A stretch of 64,000 bases of DNA, from contig CM120642.1 of the NCBI GenBank assembly GCA_051362555.1, positions 6,510,001-6,574,000 on the forward strand, written 5' to 3'. Origin of the DNA: Lingula anatina. Its lineage: Eukaryota > Animalia > Brachiopoda. The position numbers and the translations under genes were made by a program. Shown here piece by piece: positions 50,401-61,800 of this stretch. The notes under the pieces are model-generated. The model saw only the letters and a program-made list of their open reading frames with translations, made no database searches and was not told the origin of the DNA. How positions within the stretch are numbered: position 1 is the first letter of the stretch; the number at the start of each line of letters is the position of its first letter.

Positions 50401-50799
50401 TGATAATTTCTCGTTAAAGCCGTTATTCAGTTTTTCGTTTGTTTTAGCACAGGCAATTATACGCGTGCTGATATCCTTCACATTATTGGCACTGACACAG
50501 ATTTGTTGACTTAAAGAAATTGTTTCACAGAATCTCAAACCTTCAGCGTTGACTTAATGTCCATAAAGACGTCGCTATAGGTTTATATCGAACGTATACA
50601 TGTTGTTTCATACATGTATACTGGTACTTCTATAGGCGAATTTTAAATTTCAGTTCAAGGCACTTGCGAGGGGATATCAGCCGGTGACGTCACTGTTGCT
50701 TTGAAAGTTGGTTCTTGTACTAACTATTTAGCACAAGAGACGTTAACATCATGGGGAACGAAGACTTCACTTATGATAGAAGAAACATTTCACGGATAA
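35643..50799 (+). CDS. Paralog C: signal peptide-PAN/apple-Cys-rich module-3x CTHRC1 C-terminal domain protein (594 aa), 11 exons
   Basis: Exons 35643-35987, 43992-44088, 44421-44512, 44835-45033, 45919-46065, 47260-47345, 47963-48158, 48339-48500, 49091-49194, 50182-50392, 50654-50799. Same exon lengths as B, GT-AG introns, open frame; AATAAA at 50859-50864. Confidence 0.87.
36712..37689. mobile_element. Non-autonomous CMC/EnSpm-like element (CCCAG...CTGGG, 2-bp TSD), C-specific
   Basis: AC|CCCAGCGGGCA...TGCCTGCTGGG|AC with many subterminal CAACGTTG-type repeats. B has the empty site AAAAAC-AC-GGTACC (~17776-17789). Confidence 0.8.
37786..40971. mobile_element. 3.2-kb composite insertion: three CAGGGGCGGAT...ATCCGCCACTG-type MITE copies separated by two related ~1-kb spacers
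   Basis: MITE copies ~37786-38070, ~39079-39336 and ~40666-40971. Spacers ~38080-39060 and ~39490-40460 are homologous. The whole block is flanked by TTATG and is absent in B (~17870-17890). Confidence 0.7.
41259..43090 (-). mobile_element. Two nested, 5'-truncated CR1/L2-type LINE fragments (RT C-terminus)
   Basis: Motifs VKNLGVYFDSTL, SRLDYYNSVLYG, KLQVIQ/NSAARL, LHWLPV, YGDRAF...WNALP...FKSLLKTH; (TTA)n tail at ~41703-41742. Absent in B. Confidence 0.85.
43698..43978. mobile_element. 281-bp MITE with 6-bp TSD inside the exon-2 acceptor region of C
   Basis: TIRs AGTAGTAAGAGAGGAGTTTTTC / GAAAAACTCTTCTCTTACTACT; TSD CTCATC/CTCGTC. B has the empty site GCTCGTCACTGCAG. Confidence 0.8.
46411..46751. 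mobile_element. Kolobok-like MITE in intron 5 of C (same family as 21775-22100)
   Basis: TTAA|AGGGATAA...TTATTTTCTCT|TTAC. Body matches the B element (GGAGTAAACAACAATTTTCCC...GATCTCATACGAAGAGTTATT). B has the empty site CACTATTACCCCAATG (~23388-23403). Confidence 0.7.
49310..49423. repeat. Near-perfect 114-bp palindrome in an expanded intron 9 of C
   Basis: AGAAGTATATATATTGATGCACCTTGAAAGATCTACATTATAGTTGTT...AACAACTATAATGTAGATCTTTCAGGGTGCATCAATATATATACTTCT with essentially no loop. Confidence 0.85.
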
Positions 50800-51413
50800 T
50801 AGAACCACATTGTAACTTTTCACGCAACCAGGACAAAATGGAATGGCCAGTTTACTTGAATAAATAGTCACCACATGTAGAACTAAACAGGCTGTTGTGA
50901 AAATGCTGCTTTATTTAACTGAAAATGAACGGGATTCGCCGCATTTGAATCTATTTCCTTATCTGCTTAGATAATGTGGAAGTAAACATTGCCATGATAT
51001 GAGATAATGCTGGCGGCACAAATATACTCTGGGCGAATTGCTTATCCGAACTGCTGAACAGAAACAGGCATGTTATTGATTTCGAAGATGTCTTTATGTT
51101 AGAGCTTAAATAACTCATACCTGTACTGTCCCTTTGACATTTCCTGCCACGTTTAAGATAATATGTTAAAAAAGAACATAAAAGAAAAAATAGATTTCTT
51201 CTGCTTATGTTTACAGAGATTCGCCGCTCAATGACCAACTTACCAGTTTTGTATAACCTTACCTTGTCAATGTGTCAAAACAAAATTAATATTTAACATG
51301 TATGTCCGTTCGCCGTACCGTGACGTGCTTTCTTACATGTTAACATTGCACCTTTTTGTCATTTATGGAGAGGGTATACTGTTCTAACCTTATGATTATC
51401 ACTGTCTGGCTAA

Positions 51414-52676
51414 TGCCCCTATTTCACACAGACCACGAATCCCACGAATGGCCATGAATTGACAAATTTTACGATTCGAGGTTGAATCGTAATCAGTTCG
51501 TGAAGTTCTGAACAGATTCGTACATATTCGTGGTCAGTTCTTGCACTTTTGACCAACAGGAATTGGTGACAAAAACTTTGATGCCCCTATTTCACACAGA
51601 CCACGAATCCCACGAATGGCCATGAATTGAAAATTTCAGGATTCGTGGTTGAATCGTAATCAGTTCGTGAAGTTCTTAACAGATTCGTATATAATCGTAG
51701 TCAGTTCTTGCAATTCTTGATCAATCGGGAATTCGTGGCAAAAATTCAAAAATTTGAGCTGTTCAAAGTTTTGGCCACGAACTCACGATTCCAAATAATC
51801 GTAGTGAATTTCTGGACAATATTCGTGCGATTCCAGCCGAATCCCACGAATATTCGTAACACTATCGCACCTATATCGTAACTGAATCGTAGAGCGTGTC
51901 GAATTAGACCAGAAAATTGGCAAAATCTCACGAATCCTCACGAATCCTGAAATTTGTCAATTCCTGGCGATTCGTGGGATTCGTGGTCTGTGTGAAATAG
52001 GGGCCTAAAGGCCCTATTTCACACAGACCACGAATGGCCATGAATTGACAAATTTCACCATTCGTGGTTGAATCGTAATCAGTTCGTGAAGTTCTTAACA
52101 GATTCGTATCTATTCGTAGTCAGTTCTTGCACTTCTTGACCAATAGGAATGGGTGGCAAAAACTTTGATGCCCCTATTTCACACAGACCACGAATCCCAC
52201 GAATCGCCAGGAATTGAAAATTTGGTTGAATCGTAATCAGTTCGTGAAGTTCTTAACAGATTCGTATATAATCGTAGTAAGTTCTTGCAATTCTTGATCA
52301 ATCGGGAATTCGTGGCAAAAATTTTGAGCTGTTCATAGTTTTGGCCACGAACTCCCGATTCCAAAAAATCGTAGTGAATTTCTGGACAATATTCGTGCGA
52401 TTCCAGCCGAATCCCACGAATATTCGTAACACTATCGCACCTGTATCGTAACTGAATCGTAGAGCGTGTCGAATTAGACCAGAAAATTGGCAAAATCTCA
52501 CGATTCCAGCCGAATCCCACGAATATTCGTAACGCTATCGTACCTGTATTGTAAGTGAATCGTGAGCGTGTCGAATAAGACCAGAAAATTGGCAAAATCT
52601 CACGAATCCTCACGAATCCTAAAATTTGTCAATTCCTGGCGATTCGTGGGATTCGTGGTCTGTGTGAAATAGGGCC
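51414..52676. mobile_element. Tandem cluster of one TIR MITE family (GCCCTATTTCACACAGACCACGAAT ends, TAA flanks; Harbinger-like)
   Basis: Left ends at ~51415, 51583, 52010 and 52170; right ends (ATTCGTGGTCTGTGTGAAATAGGG(G)CC) at ~52005 and 52676. Layout is a dimer of a [truncated + full] unit. Confidence 0.8.
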
Positions 52677-55581
52677 TTAAGGACAATTGCTAGCCGAAAT
52701 CAATGTTCTCGCTTACAAAGACGTCAAGTGTTTCCTCGTATTTCGCTAACATTTTGTTGGGAATCAGAATGACAGTAAAACACACAAAAATAAAAGGAAA
52801 CAGGTGTATTATCTTTTACCCATCCTTAATTTTAAAACTTTGTTATCATGTCTACAGACCATTATTTGTTTAATTGATCCGGTTTAGGACGGTTAAACAA
52901 TTACCTTTTTAGTGAGGCAAAAATCAGACTTCATATAACGGCGGCACGAAATTAAAAAATAAAGCACTTTTGACTTAAGATGTCTTTTTCCTGCATTTGA
53001 TTTCTTTTTAAATGATTAAAACTCCGACAAAGCTGATGTTTATACAACGGTGGCTGATCAAGGGGAACGATCACCTCGCTTAGCTTCCTAGGCAACCGCG
53101 ACCCAACGAACAAAAATTAGATAAAAGCCAGTAACTTTTCCATCCAGGTGCACACATGTGCACATATGAGGGTACATGGCAGACATCTCGATGTTAAAAA
53201 TAGCAAAATCACACCCAGGTACGTCCACACCCCAAGGTACACTAAAAATTCCGAAGGACCCACATAGATCCATAACAATAGGCTTATTAATACCCGACCG
53301 TTCAAGTTCCTACCTCTATTGATATAGGGGCAGATACATAAAAAACGATTTAAAGATTAGAATACCCCTCAGGGACGGCCACACCACAAGTTGCACTAAA
53401 ATTCGGAGGAGCCGTTTCAAACCCCTAACGATATGTTTATTAATCCCCAAAGATTCAAGTAGGCCATGATGTTTACTCAAGAAATGGTTCACTAAAGCCT
53501 AAGACCAGAGTGAAATTTCTTAGCGGACAAACGGCCTTAACAATACGAATGGAATTGATGGAAAACTCATCAACAAGCAGAATTTACTCATATTCAGCTG
53601 AATGTTTATTAGATGGCAAAAAACCGCAAAACATTAGCACCATACGTAAGAAAATAGTTTAAAATAATATTACAATAAATAACCACATGTAACAAGAGTG
53701 TACAAAAACGTTCGTATCAATTAATCGACACCACGATACTTCTTCAAAATTGCCACTGTATGTGTATTAGGCATGGGACTCTGGCACTACAGTGATATCA
53801 TATACTGCGGATTGACACATCACGTCACTTGAAGCAGACGCATGAATAATAAAGATATATATTCCATTAGATAAAAAGTGAAAAAATGACAGGCGCCTTG
53901 ACACGCTGCTGTGCGTTCCAAATGATTGATTCTCTACGGTATAACCAAGATTATTCCACAATGGGGCGAAACAGTCCGTTTCGCAATTGCTTACAAGTGA
54001 CGTTTTTTTTTCTAAGCGCGTCGATGAGTTTTCGCATTCTAGCTTTTGCATGCCCAATGGCGAATCTCTAATATCCACCGTGCGTTTGCTGTTACTGTTG
54101 CAGATGTCCAATGAAGCTAGAACTCAGGATTTTCAATCCAATCATCAACGTTAGCAGTGGAAAACTGTCTGATATTTCACTGTCCCCAGCCTTGCCCAAA
54201 TCGTGAGTTAATTATTGCAAATGAGAAGCGTATTACAATTGATTTAGAATTGAGACATACTAAATTATCCATCCGTTGCATTAGTGCTTGAGACGAACTG
54301 CAAACCTAGTGCATGGTCACCTTACCTCTGGGTACATGTAGGAGCCTGGTTCCAAAATCCTCACCAACACTCCTCAATCACGTAAACTATCTTACATTGT
54401 TCCAAATGTGATGTTGAATTGTTCTATGCACTTCCGGTTGCCTAGGTCAGGCAGTATAAATAGATCAAATGAGTTAGCCTTTCTCCAATCTCGCGCTCGA
54501 GTTACAAACTATTCTTTATTACTGTCAGAATTGTGTACTGAAACGTTAAATTAATGTTCCAGATGTCCGTCGACTGTGCATTGTCAGATATCTAATACAA
54601 TAACAAATAATGCGAATTTTGGATACTGTAGTTTCATGTCAAGTATGAAGTTGTCAAATTTCTAACGGACCATACAAATGGCTAAACTAAACCCTCGAAT
54701 ACTGCAGACAAAAGCTACTCCATAGGGGCTTATATGGCAGCGTATAAAAACTCGTGAGATCAAATAGATGCACCATCTAAGAAAACTCCCACGCGTGCCG
54801 TCTTCAATACCAGACACACACTCGGCGACCTCGTGGCTCGTGATTCTTGTATACATCAATGTACACGTATGGGATGCTCTACCTCTGCTCGTTACTTAAC
54901 CAACCTCACGTCTAACTCCGATGCTTGTTGTTATTCCAAACGGACATTGCTATTTATTTATTTTTGTTTGTTCTTTTCCGTTGGATTTTACCTCTGCGTT
55001 TGATTGACTGGCTGCTGTTATGTAATACAGGTTAGCCACAATGCAAACATTCTAATTCCAAAATGTATATTCTCAGATAATTGTGTGCAGGCCTTTGATA
55101 TATGGAATTTTTGTTAATATGCTCCAGACAAACCCCTTAATTGGTATATCCGACACTCTTAAAAGAGCGGCTATTCAAAACATTTGTCTTTTTTTACAAA
55201 GGCAACGTTCCTGTGATATACGAGTATGGACTACAACAACAGTGGTCTACAGTGCATTTGTTTGGTGAATGTGCATGTTCTGTGCCTTAGATCTGGGGCT
55301 TCGTCCGTCATAAAAATCATGCAGTTTGTTGCATTTGCGCGTGGGCATCGGTGTTTGACCGTGCATTCTTAAAAAAACATAAAGGTGGATTTCTTGCTGC
55401 GAGTAAGTTTTTTTCTTTAGTGCTGGTAACTTTCTTTAATTTCTGAAGAGAGGGATCTTTCTTCGGCTTGTTCTTCAATGAGTGAGCATGTCCGTGCATA
55501 TTCATGCACCAAAATGTGGCTTCAACAACAGCTCGTATTGATTGCACGTCATGGTTAAGGCTGTCAGGATGTTGTCTAGGG

Positions 55582-55798
55582 TCATACAAACTCACTATCT
55601 TCTGAGTCTACTGATATTGAGACCTTCATCGGGCTATGCGGAGGCGGGGAATGGGAAACAATTCCAGAATCTGACCCAGAGGAGTAATGCCGTTCTTTGG
55701 GCTAAAACAGAACAAAATAAAACAATAAAAACAAACGAATATTTCGATAAGAAAAGGCGCATTAATACATTTGAACCCGTGCGCGAGCGCGCCCGCAC

Positions 55799-55842
<44 letters not shown>

Positions 55843-58800
55843 AAGGAAAAATGACAGGAACTAATAATATCAAGGACAAAAATATCTGTTTAACCACATG
55901 CACGGTAATATCCTCTAAGCAAACATGGCAAACATGGCATTTGGCATAATATACTAACATCTAGCACGTGCATCTGTGATAACGAATCCAGCCTCCGTGT
56001 TCTCAAGAGCGGGCTCCTCTTAATTCTTGGACTTCTGGGATGCACAGGCGGCTGGTCATCTTCTGTTGGGACGACGGGAGCTAAGAGAGGCGGCGTGGGA
56101 TTGGGAGAGGGCGTAGTACAATCTTGAGGTGCCAGGTTCCCCACCAATGAGGTGATAGGTATCTTAAAGATGTTGTACACGCGACCTGGTGGAACAGATG
56201 GAAAAATTTACTCTGATCAAATTGAATGGACTTTTAAAAGAAATAAACATACGTTGCATAACTCATTGCAATGTTTTCTGAAAGCAATATTGTCTAGCTT
56301 CTACATGAATAAGTTTTGATGAAATGATTTAAGCAAACTTATAATTACTGCGTACATGAAGAGTATAACGCTTCATTCAAGTTTCCGAATACTGACAACG
56401 TTGTGCTTTTATATTTTCATAGATACTATGACAGGATTTGACCAATTATACATGTACATATTTTTGCTGCACCGTTCCTGGTCGAATTCAAAGAAATCAA
56501 GTCTAAGCTGGGATTACCTATTCCCGGGGAAACTGGCGGGGTATTGTTGTCGCTCTCCTTTTCCTTGCATTTATCAGAGGAATGATAGCCCATTGCTGTC
56601 GAGGCAAAGTAAATATCACACTGAAAGGGACAGAAATAAGTATATTACATAATATGAAAATAACAGTGTAAAGGGAAAACTCGTCCTCTTGAAAGTAATA
56701 TATAAAATCTATGTTAGTTTAAGAGGATTTATTAGGATTAAGACAGCAAAATGATATTAAATTTGAACCCCTTACAAAGATGTTAAAGACACAGCACAAT
56801 GAACAACGTAAAAAGTAGGATTAATGATCGTAACTTTAAATGATCAAGTTAAGCAGGAATAATTGCACTTACTTTAGAAGTAATCAGTCCTAGTCTTGGG
56901 TACGTGACCGTCTGAACTAGACTGCCATTGATAATGAGACGGATCTCCATTGTGTCTGGGGTGAGGGCCAGAATGTATGGGAATGCACATACTGAAAATA
57001 TATAGTAATGTTATGTGAGGGCCAGAATGTATGGGAATGCACATACTGAAAATATATAGTAATGTTATGTGAGGGCCAGAATGTATGGGAATGCACATAC
57101 TGAAAATATATAGTAATGTTATATGAGGGCCAGAATGTATGGGAATGCACATACTGAAAATATATAGTAATGTTATGTGAGGGCCAGAATGTATGGGAAT
57201 GCACATACTGAAAATATATAGTAATGTTATGTGAGGGCCAGAATGTATGGGAATGCACATACTGAAAATATATAGTAATGTTATGTGAGGGCCAGAATGT
57301 ATGGGAATGCACATACTGAAAATATATAGTAATGTTATGTGAGGGCCAGAATATATGGGAATGCACATACTGAAAATATATAGTAATGTTATATGAGGGC
57401 CAGAATGTATGGGAATGCACATACTGAAAATATATAGTAATGTTATGTGAGGGCCAGTATGTATGGGAATGCACATACTGAAAATATATAGTAATGTTAT
57501 GTGAGGGTCAGAATGTATGGGAATGCACATACTGAAAATATATAGTAATGTTATGTGAGGGCCAGTATGTATGGAATGCACATACTGAAAATATATAGTA
57601 ATGTTATGTGAGGGCCAGTATGTATGGGAATGCACATACTGAAAATATATAGTAATGTTAAGTGAGGGCCAGAATGTATGGGAATGCACATACTGAAAAT
57701 ATATGGAAATGTTCTGAGATTGCCAGTATGTATGGGAATGCACATACATAAAATATATAGTAATGTTACGTGAGGGCCTGTATATATGGAAAACTATAAT
57801 AAGTTAGTTTAGTTTGATTTAATAAGTTAGGAACAAGTAGTTTAATGGAAATATATATCAAGTGGTTACCTATTGAGCACGGCTGAGAATTCCACAGAAA
57901 ATCAAACTCATTGGAGTTATCCTCCGTCAGCTTTTGAAAATGACAGACATCTGGGAAAAAAATTCAACAGGTAAGAGACACTAAAACACTGTCTGTCAGT
58001 GTGTTTTTAAACATAATAAGACATAACATTTCTCTGGCAAACATAACATGAAATCATTTTGTAATGTGATTCTAATTACACCGTAGAGTAATATAATATA
58101 ACATATAACATGTACTCATATACCTCCAATATTAATCGTGTATATTTTTACTGCTTAAAGTGGTGTAATAAGAATAAGTTTATAATGTATGTATATCTGG
58201 TTTGGCTTATTGGATTGTATTGGATATTGCTTTGAATTAAATACATCTTCACATGAGGTCCCATCATATGAATAATAATGATGCATTATGTGCCCGATTA
58301 CATGGCTGTCTAATTTGGTTACATGTATGATGTGCAGAACAAAAAAAAAAAAAAAAAAAAAAAAAAAACTTACGATTGTAACAGAGCAGAAGCTCTGCCT
58401 CGGAATCCTCATATATGTCTATTGCTGACACGAGTTTCACCTGGAAATAAAATACTCGTTTTTTATCATTTTCGATATCCAGTTACGAACTTGTCACTAA
58501 AAACCCGCCTTGAATGAAAAACACGTGTTTACACAATCTCGCCACAATCTGCATGTCCTGATATTTAAAAGTTCTTTGGCTCAGGGACGCTAGACGTTAT
58601 CGTAAATAATGAAATATCGAAACTGGCTGACATGACTCAACCCTCATTTGTGTGACTTTCGCCTCCACGGCGTGGTAATCGAGCCTTAACTTTCAGATTT
58701 CTGTGCTTGAGGTAACTAAAAATAATAATTATTATTATAAAAAAAACTCCAAATGCTTAGTTCTTACCTTGCTTGCGTCCACATGATGCAAATGCAGTGT

Positions 58801-61800
58801 GTCACCATTTTTTTCATTGATGAGATCATATTGATGCTTGTAACCAACACATATCTGGTTGTCTCCCCTAGGTCCGTCTATCAACGTGATAAGTTCCGGC
58901 GTCTCGTATGACTGCAATTCCTAGATAATAATAATCACAATAAGAAGAAGAAAAAGAAGAAACGGTATCCAGTAAAATTACTATGAACAACAGAAAGCAA
59001 ACTGGAATTGAAAAACCTTTTTATGATCTAGACGAAATTAAAGACAGTTCTAACAGTTCAAATATAGCGCATGGACAAAGAGGTTGATAAATTTAGCATG
59101 TAATCCCTTGACGGTTACCAATGAAAACTAACTTTCTGTCGGCAGTGTACAGCAATCGAAACAGAAGCAATAACAAAGGTTTAAAACCATTCGTACCCTG
59201 AGAAACTGAAATCCGTCCACGGTCTCCGTATCATTGCTCACACACCATGCAGACCAGGCGGCGGAATGCTTCCATGACATCACCAACAGACGCTTGCCTA
59301 TGGCTATAACCATCCGGAGATGACTGCCCCCAGGCCGGCTTAAGGCGTACAGATGGCACCCTGAAGGGAAAAAATGTTTGAGTACGTTGACATTGTATTA
59401 TTTGGCGTGTATTCCGTTATTTTTAGACCCACTATTTACTATTCCGCACAGATTTCCCCTCCGTTTGGCAAGGAACGTTTTGCATGATGGATCATGACAG
59501 CAAATAATTAAGCAGATATCACATGATGCATATGGGAATTTTCATACAAAGCAAATTACTTATTCATATTTTTTCCGGTTAGGTCCACATTGAGTACTAG
59601 CTATACATTGCACTACCTAGTATATCCGACATAACCCGCAAGAAAACGCAGTAGATACTCCAGCGCAGTAGACTACTGCAATCATACTGCAAACATGCTT
59701 CAAATCTGCTTCGATTTGGGAGCTAATTAGCGTATTTGAAACATGCTTGTATCATGCTGCTAATCTACTGCATTAATGCTCCTCTCTGTACAAACCTATG
59801 TACTTTTTGGAGTAGAATTGCAGTAGGCTATACTGCATTTCTACTGCAAATATGCTCCACACCACTACTGCGTTAATGCTTTTTTGCTACTTCGTTACTA
59901 CTGCATTTTCGTGCGGGAATGTTGCTTCAATATTATGGTATTTCACTTTTATCCCACCTAATAATGTGCAGTATTGAAAACATTTTTGACCAATGTTTGC
60001 TGTGGCCATATGAGTATTTTTTGCCTGTCATCGTGGAAAAGGGGCGTCACCGGGATCACACTGTGATGGCTCTATACCAAAAAGAGGCCAGCATCAGCAT
60101 TTTAATAAATCTGGTAATGTTTCATGCTTCTCTCAAAAATGAAAGATTGGAACATGTTGGGCGATAGCTGTGTGTTTCAAACAAAATGTTTCGATGCATG
60201 TCACCATTTATCTCACCATAAATTACATGACATGACTTACCTTTTGATCTCTCAATTTTGTGATCACGTGAATCGAGTTTGGTTCTGACAATACTGTTGG
60301 TTCGACCTTCAAAGTCTGCTAGGCGAAAGACGTGTATCTTGGAATCTTTTCCTGTAAAACACAACAGTATATAGACTAAGTGTGTGTGCGTGCACGCGCC
60401 CTAGCGTTCAATTGAGTTAATAACACAGATGCTGAAACCCTTTTAAGAAATGACCTGAAACTTGTAAAATTTAGAGTATTAGCTTTAAAAAAGAACGTAC
60501 CTTTCTCTGGCCGGAAAATGATTAACCCATGAGGCTCTACGACATCAATTTGCTTAATGCTGACCGTTCGATCAAATATAAGCCTTGGAATACAGCCCTC
60601 TATAAAAAAATTAGACAATGATGTTAAATCAAGTCAAGTTTTAAAATCAAGAATAAAACAAAAGCGTGTAGCTTTATATATCTGAAATTACATTTCCAAA
60701 TACTATTATTATTGATGTACAATCTCCCTTAATGCATAAAAAATCATTTGTTGACAACATACCAGTTATATCCCCCAATCTATTTAAAAATTAAGCGATG
60801 TCAAAATTACAGGAATACTCCAGCGGGTTACACTCTTTCTGAGTGTCTTTATTAAGGATTTGATTTGCAACCACCGTTCTTACGATCGCGTCATAAAATC
60901 GCAATTTTAGTCGTTTAGTCGGTGATCGCAATAAAAAAAACGTGCTCCGGCTCAAAAACAGCAGTTTTGTTTATGAGGCTTGATAACGGAAAATTGATTT
61001 TTAGTCCGTCAGCAACGAACGTCGCAACAACCACATCCATTTAACGAATCCAAACTTCTCTACATTAACCTATTTTGCGATAAGATATGCCAAAACAAAT
61101 AATTAAGGATTGCTAAACTTTTTGGTTCAACTTACCTTCAATAACCATTGTTCCCACTTCCGTTACAATGATGAGTTTGTCACCTGCAACAAAATGGTCC
61201 TATCATATGAAGAACACTGACAAAAATGAAGTAACACCATGTATAACAGTCAAAATTCCCATTTCATTCAAATATATAACCAAGTCTAGTGAATTTTAAC
61301 CACAACTTTGTTTTGTAGGGACATGATTCACATTAATTCAAAGCTACCTTGTTTGAATTCGAAGAGAAATACGATGAAGCACAAGCTTTACGTAATCGAC
61401 TATTGGAATCATTTTCATGTGTTCGCGTGTAAAATGAAGAATGTTTGTGTCCTTTAAGTGGCAGACTGATTGCTAAGTGTTCGTGTTTACTAACCCCACG
61501 AATCCCCACATATGATCTCATTTGGAAAGCTGTGGTAAAAACACTGCGGCTCCCATGGCTGCAAAGAAAGAATAATAACATGACAAAATAAAAAAGATTT
61601 TCCAGCCAAACAAAGGATTTGGATACAGAATACAGGCATATTTAAAGGCATTGTATCAAATGGCAGAGACAAACAAAATGAGTCAGTGTTGAGATGATTT
61701 GTGGGAATAAAAAGTGCTTGTGTTGGGGGGGGGGGGGGGGGGGGGGCGGGGGGCGCATTTTCAATACTCTAACGGCGAGGACTAAATCATACAAAAGTGA

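Noticed and set aside
56874-57749. 291-aa and 185-aa repetitive ORFs, and a superficial resemblance to a CRISPR array
   Set aside because: Off-frame translations of the 54-bp minisatellite. Units are contiguous with no unique spacers, the context is a eukaryotic intron, and there are no cas genes.
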